The notes under the pieces are model-generated. The model was given only the letters and a program-made list of their open reading frames with translations. It was not told the origin of the DNA and ran no database searches. A stretch of 64,000 nucleotides of DNA from Malacoraja senta. Taxonomy: Eukaryota. A program made the translations under genes and the position numbers. The stretch is taken from the NCBI GenBank assembly GCA_038087875.1, contig JAXLNO010000173.1:248001-312000 (forward strand), written 5' to 3'. The first letter of the stretch is position 1. Every line of letters starts with the position of its first letter. Below are positions 1-11,889 of the stretch, one piece after another.

Positions 1-888
1 GAAGTACTTAAAAGAGCAACCACAGTTCTGTAAAAAAGCTCTTGTGGATAGATGAGACGAAGATTAACTTATATCAGAGTGATGGCACGAGCAAAGTATG
101 GAGGAGAGAAGGAACTGCCCAAGATCCAAAGCATAGCACCTCATCTGTGAAACACGCTGGTGGTGGTGTTATGGCCTGGGCAAGTATGGCTGCTGAAGGT
201 ACTGGCTCACTTATCTTCATTGATGATACAACTGCTAATGGTAGTAGCATAATGAATTCTGAAGTGTATAGACACATCCTATCTGCTCAAGTTCAAACAA
301 ATGCCTCAAAACTCATTGGCCGGCGGTTCATCCTACAGCAAGACAATGATCCCAAACATACTGCTAAAGCAACAAAAGAGTTTTCAAAGCTAATAAATAG
401 TCAATTCTTGAGTGGCCAAGTCAATCACCAGATCTGAACCCAATTGAGCATGCCTTTTATATGCAGAAGAGAAAACTGAAGGGGACTAGCCCCAAAAACA
501 AGCATAAGCTAAAGATGGCTGCAAAACAGGCCTGGCAGAGCACCACCAGAGAATACACCCAGCAACTGGTGATGTCCTTGAATCACAGACTTCAAGCAGT
601 CATTGCATGCAAAGGATATGCAACAAAATACTAAACATGACTACTTTCATTTACATGACATTGCTGTGTCACAAACATTATGGTGCCCTGAAATGGGGGG
701 ACTATCCATTAACACTGCTGTAATTTCTACATGATGAAACCAAAATGTATAAAAATGGCCTTTGTTAAAATCTGATAATGTGCACTTTAACCACATGTGG
801 GTTTTTTAAATTACAAATCTCAAATTGTGGAGTATAGAGGTAATAGATAAATGATGGATCTTTGTCCCAAACATTATGGAGGGCACCG
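1..888 (+). mobile_element. Tc1-family DNA transposon, 3' part (frameshifted DD34E transposase plus right IR/DR terminus)
   Basis: ORF 42-437 reads WIDETKINLY...VKHAGGGVMAW...QQDNDPKHTAK, with WPSQSPDLNPIEH in a shifted frame. It ends ...CAAACATTATGGAGGGCACCG followed by TA (889-890), and an inner direct repeat lies at about 667-690. Confidence 0.9.
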
Positions 889-939
889 TAAATATGCGAC
901 ATTTCACGTCGGGGCTCTTGTTCAGAATGAATAAGGATC

Positions 940-1050
940 CGATGAAGTGTCGCGCCCCGAATCGTCAAATATTCACATCCTCCAGAAATACTACCTAACC
1001 CAGTGAGTTACTTCAGCACTTTGTGTTCTACATACGATTCCAGCATCTGC
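940..1050 (+). repeat. Degraded Penelope terminal-repeat fragment
   Basis: Similar to the reverse complement of 19325-19430 (…gagttacttcagcactttgtg…ccagcatctgc). Confidence 0.6.
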
Positions 1051-1089
1051 CTGCAGTTCGTTGTGTCTCCACCGATATATATTGATTCC

Positions 1090-1335
1090 CCACAGCAAGC
1101 CGCACACCATCCTGATTTCTACTATTTTGCGGCTACTTGAATATTGCCAAAAGTAGAGGCGTTGGTGTGCTTTCTTGGTCGTTGCTACAATATGGGTTGT
1201 CAAGGAGAAGTTGATGGTGATATTGACTCCTACGAATTTGAAGTTTTCAATCAGCTCTACCTCGGCGCTGTCAATGCAAACTGGGGTGTGTGTACCGCTA
1301 CGCATCCTATAGTCGATCACTATCTCCTATGTCTT
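1090..1335 (-). mobile_element. Rex1/Babar-type LINE RT fragment
   Basis: HTPVCIDSAEVELIENFKFVGVNIT...KKAHQRLYF matches the Rex1 copy at 58256-59075. Confidence 0.75.
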
Positions 1336-1345
1336 GCTGAACCAT

Positions 1346-1467
1346 TTAAAACACGCTTTCCATTTTCCCACAATAATCACTTGGACAGTTAAATACAATA
1401 GTCTCGTTGGAATTCAGACAGACGTCTACATCAGGGACAGAAATGCTAGCGATATATAACTCAGAAC
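1346..1467 (-). CDS. Candidate terminal coding exon of an unidentified gene (copy B)
   Basis: Acceptor ctcatctccccatag|, then an open phase-1 frame xSELYIASISVPDVDVCLNSNETIVFNCPSDYCGKMESVF*. Paralogous to 3731-3795. Confidence 0.25.
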
Positions 1468-2199
1468 CTATGGGGAGATGAGCAGCATAAAAACACACTG
1501 ATCTTACACATTATCTTATAAAAAAACAGGATAGCAGAGTTTCATGGTTATTGAAGGCATATAGACATACTTGTTGAAGAGGGCAAATAACATGAACTGT
1601 ATTTACAGCAACAATTTATCACAATTAATGAATTAGTTTAAAAAATAACACCTATGCTTTTCTCAGTATAATGCTGAGATATTGAGCATTCACTCGAGAG
1701 CAGACTGGGTCACAGTATAACATTGACTGTCATACGGCAGCCCCTACAATGCGGCTTTCCCTGAGTACTGCAGCGGGATCCGCCTGAGCTGCGACAGAAC
1801 CACAGTCACGCAGGTGCCGGGAGTGAGACTTGGAGCCTCTGATTTAGTAGAGAGGTTGAATTAACTCAGATAAAACTATAAAATTAATGCAATCAGTCTT
1901 ACAGGATGGATAACAATTGACAAAAAAAACACAATGGAGTTTTTCCAAGGCTTTTGAGCAGTAAATCGAGTTTTATGAATCGTTTTTCGTTGAAATAAAG
2001 ATAACTGCACCAACTTTGAGTGTAATCATCGTTTGACAAGTGAGTGACACCAGCCAGCTTTATCTGGAGCCTGTCTGCTCCATTGCTCAGCACAAAATAT
2101 TTTAATGAACTAAGACCAGAAAATAATTCTGCTGGTGACTAAGAAACAATTAGACAGATGCAATAGGACAGGTTTGGAGGGATATGGACCAGTCTTCCC

Positions 2200-2335
2200 C
2201 CACCCCCACCCCAACCCCGTCTCCAGATCTCTGCCCCCGTCTCCCGGTCTCTCCCCCCCGTCTCACCCCCCCCCCCCCCCCCCCCGTCTCCCACTCGTAT
2301 CTGCCCCCTCTATCTGCCACCTCTATCTGCCACCT
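2200..2335. repeat. C-rich low-complexity tract
   Basis: Poly-C runs and (CTCTATCTGCCAC)-like units. Confidence 0.85.
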
Positions 2336-2749
2336 GACAAATACAAAATTGAAAAATCTATACTCACTGAATCTACAGAGCTTCGTTCGATGTTTATTTA
2401 TAGCGCTTGACCTTGGACAAATCCCACGATTCCTTGCGTTTTTCGGAATACCAAACTCGCCCACGTTTGCAGGTAAGGTCATCGGGTCAAAGGGCGTGAC
2501 GCACGGAGCAGCTCAATCCTTCAGGAGGACACGGCAGCCTCCGGCATACACTGTTAACACACGAAACCCGCACTTTCTTACCTATTAACAACCGCTGAAA
2601 TGGTCAATTTTTGCGCTATAAATAACTATGGAGGGTGACTGAGCACTCTGACCCAAATGCTATTGTATCTTTGCTCTGAATCCGAGCAGAGTTGGGGACA
2701 GTCTGGTCCCTCCGCCCACCCAGAGTCACTGACCGCGCTGCACCGGCAT

Positions 2750-3001
2750 CCCCGACCATCACCACCCCCCCGACCACCACCCCCCCCCGACCACCCTCCA
2801 CCCCCCCGACCACCCTCCATCACCCCCGACCACCACCCCCCCCGACCACCCTCCACTACTCCGACCACCACCACCACCCGACCACCCTCGACCACCCTCC
2901 ACCACCCCCGACCACCACCATCCCCTCCGACTACGACGCCCCCACCCACCCGACCACCACCCCCCGACCACCACCCACACCACCGCCCCCCCCCCCCCCC
3001 C
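2750..3001. repeat. C-rich minisatellite (CCGACCACC-type units)
   Basis: Repeated cgaccacc(a/c)cc units ending in poly-C. This is the source of the Pro- and Gly-rich ORFs here. Confidence 0.9.
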
Positions 3002-3110
3002 GCTTGGCCGCGGGGACAGGCGGCCTGGGATCCACGAGTGTGGAACCAGTCAGTGTGGAGTCCGGATGCTGGGACAGAAGACTGTACTGGCAGCCAGAGT
3101 AAGTGCTTAC

Positions 3111-3286
3111 CTGACGTTCACCGCATACTCCAGTACGGGCACGGGTCGTGACCTCGACTGCCGTGCAACCTCCCTATTAACATGTGCCGCACAGAAGTGC
3201 TGGCATTGATCATCTCCACCAAGAAAGAGTGTAGTGCCATATCCGTCATCTTCAGTTAGATTGCTGTTAGCTCCACATTCACTATC
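3111..3286 (-). CDS. Candidate internal exon of an unidentified gene
   Basis: Branch point and acceptor tgctaacccccag|, strong donor CAG|gtaagc, and an open frame DSECGANSNLTEDDGYGTTLFLGGDD...VLEYAVNV. Confidence 0.25.
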
Positions 3287-3324
3287 CTGGGGGTTAGCAC
3301 TGAGCAGGAACACCTAACCCGCAG

Positions 3325-3550
3325 CCAACAATGGACCGTTTCCTTGATCATCGTTCGTTACTTTTTTTGCACCTTTCATGCATTTGTCCCATATCTATCT
3401 ATAATCACCATCTATATCTCTCGTTTACCCTTTCCCCTGACTCTCAGTCAGAATTCGACTCAGTCTCGACTCCAAACGTCACCTATTCCTTTTCTCCACA
3501 GATGCTGCCTGACCCGCTGAGTTACTCCAGCTTTTTGTGTCTATCCATCA
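3325..3550 (+). repeat. Penelope terminal-repeat remnant
   Basis: ...aaacgtcacctattccttttctccacagatgctgcctgacccgctgagttactccagc... with a decayed hammerhead core. Confidence 0.75.
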
Positions 3551-3730
3551 TTTATCGGACGTTAATAACTGCTGCCTTCTGCGCTCCGTCCTGACAGGTT
3601 GCTGTTGCCCTCCCCTGGTCAAATGCAGTATAGCAGTTTGTTTCACGGACAGCAGAATACTGAACCATTTAAAACACGCGTTCTATTTTGCAACAATAGC
3701 CACCTGACCTGGACAGATAAATACAATAGT

Positions 3731-3795
3731 TCAGTGGGAATTCCTATTGAGGTCTACGTCAGGGGAAGAAACGCTAGCGGTAGATAATTCAGAAT
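3731..3795 (-). CDS. Candidate terminal exon (copy A, earlier stop)
   Basis: Acceptor ctcatcacctcacag|, then xSELSTASVSSPDVDLNRNSH*. Colinear with 1346-1467. Confidence 0.2.
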
Positions 3796-3837
3796 CTGTG
3801 AGGTGATGAGCAACACAAATACACAATGAAAACTAAT

Positions 3838-4595
3838 TATCAAGTCAAGTCAAGTCACATTTATTTATATATAGCACATTTAAAAAACAACTCTCATTGG
3901 CCAAAGTGCTTTACATTTGTTATAAGAATAACACAACAAAAACAAAGTACATACATATATACATGTAGCCTTCACTCAGAGAACGTCAGGAAAGGCTTGG
4001 TAGTATAGATAAGTCTTTAGTCTTGACTTAAAAGAGTCGATGGAGGGGGCAGTTCTGATGGGAAAGGGGATGCTGTTCCACAGTCTAGGGGCTGCAACCG
4101 CAAAGGCGCAGTAGCCCCTGAGCTTATGCCTAGACCGTGGGATATTCAGCAACCCCAAGTCGGCCGATCTGAGGGGCCTGGAGGCGGAGTGGTGGGTGAG
4201 AAGACTTTTTATGTAGGTGGGGGCAAGCCCATTGAGGGCTTTGTAGACATGGAGGAGGATCTTGAAGTTTATACGGAACCGCACAGGGAGCCAGTGGAGA
4301 GAGGCCAGGATCGGGGTGATGTGGTCCCATTTTCGTGTGCCCGTCAGGAGTCTCGCTGCGGCATTTTGGACCAGTTGCAGGCGGGACAGGGAAGATTGGC
4401 TGATGCCAGTGTAAAGGGAGTTGCAGTAATCTAGGCGGGAGGAGATGAATGTGTGGATGATCTTTTCCAGGTCATCAAACTGGAGGAATTGTTATATTTT
4501 AGCTATCGTCCGAAGCTGAAAGAAGCAAGCTTTTACCACGGCGTTGACTTGTTTGTCAAATTTCAGTGCCGAGTCAAATATCACGCCAAGTTTTT
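3838..4595 (-). mobile_element. L2 LINE, 5'-truncated 3' end
   Basis: ORF 3976-4284 reads RFRINFKILLHVYKALNGLAP...AFAVAAPRLWNS, with a (GACTT)n tail. Near-identical to 40713-41983. Confidence 0.92.
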
Positions 4596-4717
4596 TGATT
4601 ATCATATAACATTCAGGATTACTCAGCTTTATGCCTATTGAAGGAGTATAGCTATCCTATAGAAACAAACAGCTCCACAATACTCCAATTTGGGCCTGAC
4701 CAAGGACTTGGAGGCAT

Positions 4718-5375
4718 TGTAGGCACAGAATGCAGCTGTACGTCTTTTAACTGGCACACGTAAACATGAGCACATTTCGCACATTTTAGACTCACTCCAC
4801 TGGTTGCCTATTCAGTTTAGGATCCATTTAAAAATTCTTTTATTTGCTTTTAAATCCCTGAATGGTCTTGCCCCGCCCTACCTATCTGAGCTTCTACACC
4901 CGTAAACACCCGCCCGCTCTCTCAGGTCAGATAATCAGCTGTTCCTCAGTGGGCCTAAAACTAAGCTGAAGCTCAGAGGGGACCGTGCCTTTGCTGTGTC
5001 TGCACCCAAATTATGGAACGATCTGCCTCTCCACATTAAACAGGCCTCTTCTCTGTCTGTTTTTAAATCACTTCTTAAAACCCATCTCTTCTCCGTGGCC
5101 TTTGATACCCAGTAAGATGTTGACTTTATTTACTTGATTTAATTTCTTTTTTGATTGCTTTTATTGCGTGGCTATTATTTTTACTCATGTTTTATGTCTT
5201 TTAATTTATTGTTGTATTTCATATGTAATATTTGCGTCTCATGTGAGCTGTTATGTTCTGTTCTGTTATGTTGTCTGTTTATGATGTCTTGTTTAGTCTT
5301 CTGTACAGCACTTTGGTCAACATTGGTTGTTTTAAAGTGCTTAACAAATAAAGTTGGATTGGATTGGATTGGATT
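4718..5375 (+). mobile_element. L2 LINE 3' end (different subfamily) inserted in the Crack-type LINE
   Basis: QNAAVRLLTG..EHISHILDSLHWLPIQFRIHLKILL...AFAVSAPKLWN, followed by AATAAA and a (GGATT)n tail. Confidence 0.9.
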
Positions 5376-6872
5376 CTCTTTGGCGGATGTACTACATGCG
5401 TGAAAATTTCTTTTGAGTAGGCCGAGTTCTATTTGCTTTGTTGGACACTTGACATATATGCGTCGCCCAACTTAAATCTTTGCTTAATTAGACTCCTAGA
5501 TATGGGTGATGGTTGACAGCAAGCAATGTATAGCTACCCATGTTGTATTCCGTAAATAATGGTTTAATCTTGTGTGAGACATGCACGGTGTGACATTTGG
5601 TTGTATTGAACGACATCTGCCAGGTTTTCCCCCTCACAGGGAGCATCCAGATCCTTCTGTAAGGACAAGCTGTCTTTTGGTGTTTTAATCTCTCTATAAA
5701 TTGTGGCATCATCTGCGAAGAGTCGAACTCTGGACAAAACTGCATTTGGAATGTCATAGATATACAGTAGGAAGAGCAGTGGACCTATGACAGTCCCCTG
5801 TGGTACACCTGATGTCACAGAAGTTTCAATAGCTGTCTCTCCCTCCAAGAGATCTCGCTGGTGTCTCCTTGTCAAAAAGATCTCAATCCATTTTTAGAGG
5901 TTGCCGTCTATTCCTAAATGGTTGAGCTTGTACAGGAGCCGCTTATGGGGAACCTTATCAAAAGCCCTACTGAAGTCTAATATAATCAGGTCAGTCTGAC
6001 CCTTGTTATTGAGTGACCTGGCTAGATTATCAATGAGTCCCGCCAGTTGGGTTTCACATGTCGACCCTGTCTAAAGACATGTTGGTGGTTTGTTAATGCC
6101 TTGTGGAAGTCAATATGGTCCATAATATGTCGGTGGATTATATGTTCAAGAATCTTGCATGGTATGGAGGTCAGTGAAACTGGGCGATAATTTGCAGGAT
6201 TTATCCTATCTCCTTTTCTATAGATGGGGACAATGTTAGCATTCAGCCAATCTTCTGGGAGTTCTCCACAAACCACAGACTTCTGAAAAATCTTTTGGAA
6301 GACTAGAGCTAAGCTTGCTGAGCAATTCTCTAAAACTCTGGCTGGTATCTTGTCTGGCCCTGATGCCTTCTTTGGTTTTATTTCTTCCAATAATTTCTCC
6401 ACCCCGTTCGTTGTCACCTTAAGATCTACAATTTTTGGAGTTTGTTGTGAGTTCAATGACGGGAATTTGTCTACGTTTTCTTCAGTAAATACCGAACAAA
6501 ACTGCTGGTTTAACACTTCGGCCTTGTCAGCTGCCAAAGATACTGTCCGCCCCACTGATGTAAGGCTTGAGATTCCAAATACTTCCTGGCTCATTTTCTT
6601 GATGTAATTCCAGAAAGGCTTTGTGTCTTCTGATTTTAAACTTTCCCCTATCACATCAAGGATGTATTCTTCACAAGTCAAGTATATTTCTGTCTCTCAT
6701 GGGTTAACAACCATTTGAGTGAGGTTAAATTCATTGGCCAAATCCAACATAATCTTGCTACATGCTGTATTTCTTCCCCCAGTACGAAGAGAATTGCTGG
6801 ACCAGTCGATATCAGGGAGATTAAAATCACCCAGTAGCCATACAGAAGCAGACTTCGGAATCTTGGATAAAG

Positions 6873-9122
6873 AGAACGTTAAATCGGAAGTGGCAGTGAT
6901 GCAGTTGAACAAAGGGGACTATGAAGGCATAGGAGGGGAGCTGGCCAAAGTAGACTGGAAAGGGATCCTAGCAGGAATGACGGTGGAACAGCAATGGCAG
7001 GAATTTCTGGGCATAATCCGGAAGACGCAGGATCATTTCATTCCAAAAACGAAGAAAGATTCTAAGGGGAGTAGGAGGCAACCGTGGCTGACAAGAGAAG
7101 TTAGGGATAGAATAAAATGAAAAGAAAAGATGTATAACACAGCAAAGAGTAGCTGGAAGCCAGAGGATTGGGAAACTTTCATAGGACAACAGAAGGAAAC
7201 AAAACGGGCAATACGGGCTGAAAAGATGAAGTACGAGAGGAAGCTGGCCAGGAATATAAAGAAGGACAGTAAAAGCTTCTTTAGATATGTTAAGGGAAAA
7301 AGAGTAGCAAAGTCAAATGTGGGTCCCTTGAAGGCAGACACGGGTGAAATTATTATGGGCAATAAGGAAATGGCAGAAGAGTTGAATAGGTACTTCGGAT
7401 CTGTCTTCACTAAGGAAGACACAAACAATCTCCCAGATGTACTGGAGGACAGAGGATCTAAGGGGGTAGAGGAACTGAAAGAAATTTCCATTAGGCGCGA
7501 AATAGTATTGGGTAGGCTAATGGGACGGAAGGATGATAAATCCCCTGGGCCTGATGGTCTGCAGCCCAGGGTCATCAGGGAGGTGCCTCTAGAAATAGTG
7601 GACGCATTGGTGATCATTTTCCAATGTTCAATAGATTCAGGATCAGTTCCTGTGGATTGGAGGATAGCTAATGTTATCCCACTTTTCAAGAAAGGAGCGA
7701 GAGAGAAAACGGGGAATTACAGACCAGTTAGCCTGACTTCGGTGGTGGGAAAGATGCTGGAGTCAATTATTAAAGATAATGGGGCATTTGGATAGCAGTA
7801 AAAGGATTAGTCCAAGTCAACATGGATTTATGAAAGGGAAATCATGCTTGACTAATCTTCTGGAATTTTTTGAGGATGTGACAAGTAAAATGGATGAAGG
7901 GGTGCCAGTGGATGTAGTGTATCGACTTTCAGAAAGCCTTTGATAAGATCCTGCACGGGAGACTGGTGACTACAATTAGAGCACATGGTATTGGGGGTAG
8001 GGTGTTGACATGGATAGAAAATTGGTTGGCAGACCGGAAGCAAAGAGTAGGAGTGAACGGGTCCTTTTCAGAATGGCAGGCAGTGGCGAGTGGAGTGCTC
8101 GGTGCAAGGCTCGGTGTTGGGGCCGCAACTGTTTACCATATATATTAATGATTTGGATGAGGGAATTAGGAGCAACACTAGCAAGTTTGCGGATGACACA
8201 AAGCTGGGTGGCAGTGTGAACTGTGAAGAGGATGTTAGGAGGTTGCAGGGTGCCCTGGACAGGTTGAGTGACTGGGCAGATGCGTGTCAGATGCAGTATA
8301 ATATAGATAAATGTGAGGTTATCCACTTTGGCAGCAAAAACAAGGGGCAGATTATTATCTCAATGGGGTTAGGTTAGGTAAGGGGGTGGGGGGGTGGGTA
8401 CAGCGAGACCTGGGTGTCCTTGTACACCGGTCACTGAAATTTGGCGTGCAGGTACAACAGGCAGTGAAGAAAGCTAATGGAATGTTGGCCTTCATAACAA
8501 GAGGATTTCAGTATAGGAGTAAAGAGGTTCTTCTGCAGTAGTATAGGGCTCTGGTGAGACCACATCTGGAGTATTGTGTACAGTTTTGGTCTCCTAATTT
8601 GAGGAAGGACATCCTTGTGATTGAGGCAGTGCAGCGTAGGTTCACGAGATTGATCCCTGGGATGGCGGGACTGTCATATGAGGAAAGATTGAAAAGACTA
8701 GGCTTGTATTCACTGGTGTTTAGAAGGATGAGGGGGTATCTTATAGAAACATATAAAATTATAAAAGGACTGGACAAGCTAGATGCAGGAAAAATGTTCC
8801 CAATGTTGGGCGAGTCCAGAACCAGGGGCCACAGTCTTAGAATAAAGGGGAGGTCATTTAAGACTGAGGTGAGAAAAAACGTTTTCACCCACAGAGTTGT
8901 GAATTTATGGAATTCCCTGCCACAGAGGGCAGTGGAGGCCAAATCACTGGATGGATTTAAGAGAGAGTTAGATAGAGCTCTAGGGACTAGTGGAGTCATG
9001 GGATATGGGGAGAAGGCAGGCACGGGTTATTGATAGGGGACGATCATCCATGATCATAATGCATGGCGGTGCTGGCTCGAAGGGCCGAATGGCCTCCTCC
9101 TGCACCTAATTTCTATGTTTCT
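6873..9122 (+). mobile_element. CR1 LINE, 5'-truncated ORF2 pseudogene
   Basis: KSPGPDG, NYRPVSLTSVVGK, QGSVLGPQLF, KFADDTKLGG and RPHLEYCVQFW, with a tail ending ttctatgtttct. Confidence 0.95.
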
Positions 9123-10394
9123 AAGCTTCAAGTTCTCTTAAATGTTCCTGTCCTGGCGATGGAGGGCGGCAAAATGCCCCGATGTATGTAGGCTTTAGCC
9201 CCTTTATGTGAATGCTAACCCACAGCACCTCGCAGTTTGCATCAAGATCTTTTTCTTCAGTAGCAATATACAAGTTCCTAATAGCGATGAATACACCCCC
9301 ATGGGAGTCCCCTTCCCTGTCTTTTCTAAACACCTGGTAGAATGTTGGAAAAATTTCACCTACGGCAATGTCTTTGTTCTACCAAGATTCTGTACCGATT
9401 ATTATGTCTCGGTTTTCCTGGTCTATAAGAGCCTGGAATTCTGCTTTCTTTGCTCTAATGCTCTGGCAATTGAGATTAAGAATTGTTTAAGTTTCTTGTT
9501 TACTGTGACCAAATTTCATCCTCTTAGGCTATGACTTGGCCCTGGAGTTTTTATTACCACCATTTTTGCTTTTTTCAGACTTGTGCTGATCACGATCTAC
9601 TATCGGACTAGACGTCCTAGGGATAGGTGAAGCTGAGTCAAGATGAGGTACGACGTCAGTCTGCAGATATGTTGAGATATTCTAAGCTGTTTGCCAAATT
9701 AATGCTTGCCTGGGTAAAAAATGAAGAATCAAAATTGGGGAGTCCACAGTTGCAGCACACCCATGAGTACGACGGATGCTCGACATGCACATTATAAATG
9801 TGTTCATTCATGCCAATACAGTTTCTGTGAAACCATGAGTCACATCCCTCACATTCAATTGCCTGTTGACCACACTTTGCTGCCTTGTTGCATACCATGC
9901 ACGGGTATTTGGGTTGGTAAGGGCCGGGATTCAATGCTACGTTTCCAGCAAGCATGATAATTAAGAAAGTATAAGTCATTGGTCTTAAATTAATTTTAGT
10001 CAGGATCCTCCCTTCCATTGCTGTAGATCTACAAGATGACTGAATAAGAAATTGGAACAAACTCACCCAGTCATCGAAGGTGTTTTCTAGAAGTAAAGGT
10101 ATAGTCCAGTGCACAGGAAAAGACAGGTCCGATATTTCCAGTACTGGGTTGTTAGTGATTCTATTCAGAATCAGTAATGTGGTTGCAATCCATGATGTTT
10201 TAGTAGCTCAAACTGTACATGTGCCATGTTGCCATTTGTTGGGTTTCAGTGGTTGAATATCCAAGTCCCAATGTAGAGTTAAAAATACAAACAACGATGA
10301 AAATTTACAAAATAGTAATACCTAACAGTCCACAATAAAATGCTAATGTAATTGTACTATTTTCACGAAATACTGTAAAATTCTATTCTGACTA

Positions 10395-10605
10395 TGAGTG
10401 CTGTTCGTACGGAGTTTGCACGTTCTTCCTGTGACCACATGTTTTTTATCAGGGTGTTCCGGTATTCTCAAACATTCCAAACACGTACAGGTTTGTCAGT
10501 TAATTAGCTTCTGTAAATTGTCCCGACTATGTAGGATAGAGATAGTCGTCGCTGGTTGTCACGGACTCATTGGACATAAGGGCCTATTTCCATGCTGTTT
10601 CTAGA
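10395..10605 (+). mobile_element. V-SINE (HE1-like) fragment
   Basis: V-domain cggagtttgcacgttcttcctgtgacc...cgtacaggtttg. Confidence 0.7.
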
Positions 10606-11223
10606 GATACAGTTACATCTCTGGTTTTGAGATACAGAGATACAGAGAGAACTCAGAGAGAAGTAGGTGCATTTTAATGTGTTTTATTGGGAATCCGATT
10701 GCTACTGGTTAGGGCAGCATTTATTGCCCGTCCGTAATTGTCTGAGAAAAGTTGGAGTTAAAACATCCTCTTGAGCCGCTGTATTTTGGGTGGCAGTGTT
10801 GTACCATTTGCTGCAGTGTTTCGTTTAGATTAGTTTACAGATATAACTGGCCCTTCAGCCCACCAAGTCCACACCGACGTTGCTGAGGGAGAGGTCCCAC
10901 TCCGCAGTAAGGTGAGGATCGTTGGATACTTTAGTGTGAACTTCACACTGTCCCAATCCTGTTCTTTTCTATGTATTTTTATAGATTCAGCTTTTTGTGT
11001 CTATCTTTGGGTTAAACCAGCATCTGCATTTCCTTCCTACACTATCTTTTCTATGTTCTATGTACTGAAGGAGGATGTCAGAAAGCTCGCAGGGTGCTGG
11101 TTACTCTTCAGATTGTACATATCCTCTCGGCCTTTTAGCAAAGAACAATTATAGTATCTGTTCTGATCAGTGAGCTGTCAGAGGTGGATCCATGCTGATT
11201 GGGGGACTTCATGATGTCCTTAC

Positions 11224-11263
11224 ATAAATAAAATGCTTCGTACAGAATACACTCTCCCATGGA
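11224..11263 (-). CDS. Candidate 40-nt exon
   Basis: Strong acceptor ccttaatagattttcatattctgtttttcag| and donor TAT|gtaagg. All three frames are open and the sequence looks unique. Confidence 0.25.
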
Positions 11264-11479
11264 CTGAAAAACAGAATATGAAAATCTATTAAGGAAACTG
11301 TCATGCTCTGCAAACATTAGCAGCTCACAGCATTCTCTTTCAGTTTCTTAGTGAAGTCTTTTTAAGTTCTACTTCAGATGTTTGCTGTGCATTTTAGCAT
11401 TTCATAAACCTGGTTTTCAAAGTATGAATATGATAATCCAGCACAAAATCAATAATTTGACATATTGTAAAAATTAGTG

Positions 11480-11575
11480 AGTCTGGGACTTGACCCGAAA
11501 CATCACCCATTCCTTCTCTCCAGAGATGCTGCCTGTCCCGCTGTTTTATTCCAGGTTTTTTGTCTATCTTCGTAA
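11480..11575 (+). repeat. Penelope terminal-repeat remnant
   Basis: gacccgaaacatcacccattccttctctccagagatgctgcc. Confidence 0.7.
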
Positions 11576-11889
11576 TAATTAGAGAATCAGCTGTTTGTAT
11601 AATTTAATTTTGGTGTCAAAAATTGCAGCAGCTTCTTGTTCGGTTGGTGGGCTGAGGAATGGTTGATGGAATTTAATACAGAGAAATGTGAGATGCTGCA
11701 CTTTGGGAGCACTAATGGGCAAAACCTACATGTTGAACGGTAGGGCTCTGCGGAGTATTGTAGAGCTGATGAGTTTAGGAAGGCTAATTTTTTCATGCTA
11801 AGGGTGGTGGGTGTATAGAATAAGGTGCTGGAGGAGGTAGCTGAGTCAGGTACTATTGCAACGTTTAAGAAACATTTAGACAGGTACAT

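Larger units (their letters stand above)
4665..10330 (-). mobile_element. CR1/L2-group (Crack/Daphne-like) LINE with PHD-APE-RT, decayed and interrupted by CR1 (6873-9122) and L2 (4718-5375)
   Basis: PHD finger CMVC...CEGCDSWFHRNC...CCNC (ORF 9656-10114). APE motifs RKDREGDSHGGV and GDFNLPDIDW. RT motifs KASGPDKIP, NYRPVSLTS, SGVPQGTVIGPLLF, LFADD and SLVRPKLEY (4675-4717). Removing the CR1 restores ...RELEA|SLSKIPK. Confidence 0.85.

Noticed and set aside
1740..1800. Deu-domain SINE relic (also about 36150-36190)
   Set aside because: The similarity is too short and degenerate to support by eye.
2135..3151. Pro-rich and Gly-rich ORFs up to 164 aa
   Set aside because: They are translations of C-rich simple repeats that are open in most frames.
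11112..11173. Plus-strand DCTYPLGL, like the start of a discoidin domain
   Set aside because: It stops after 20 codons and there are no supporting exons.
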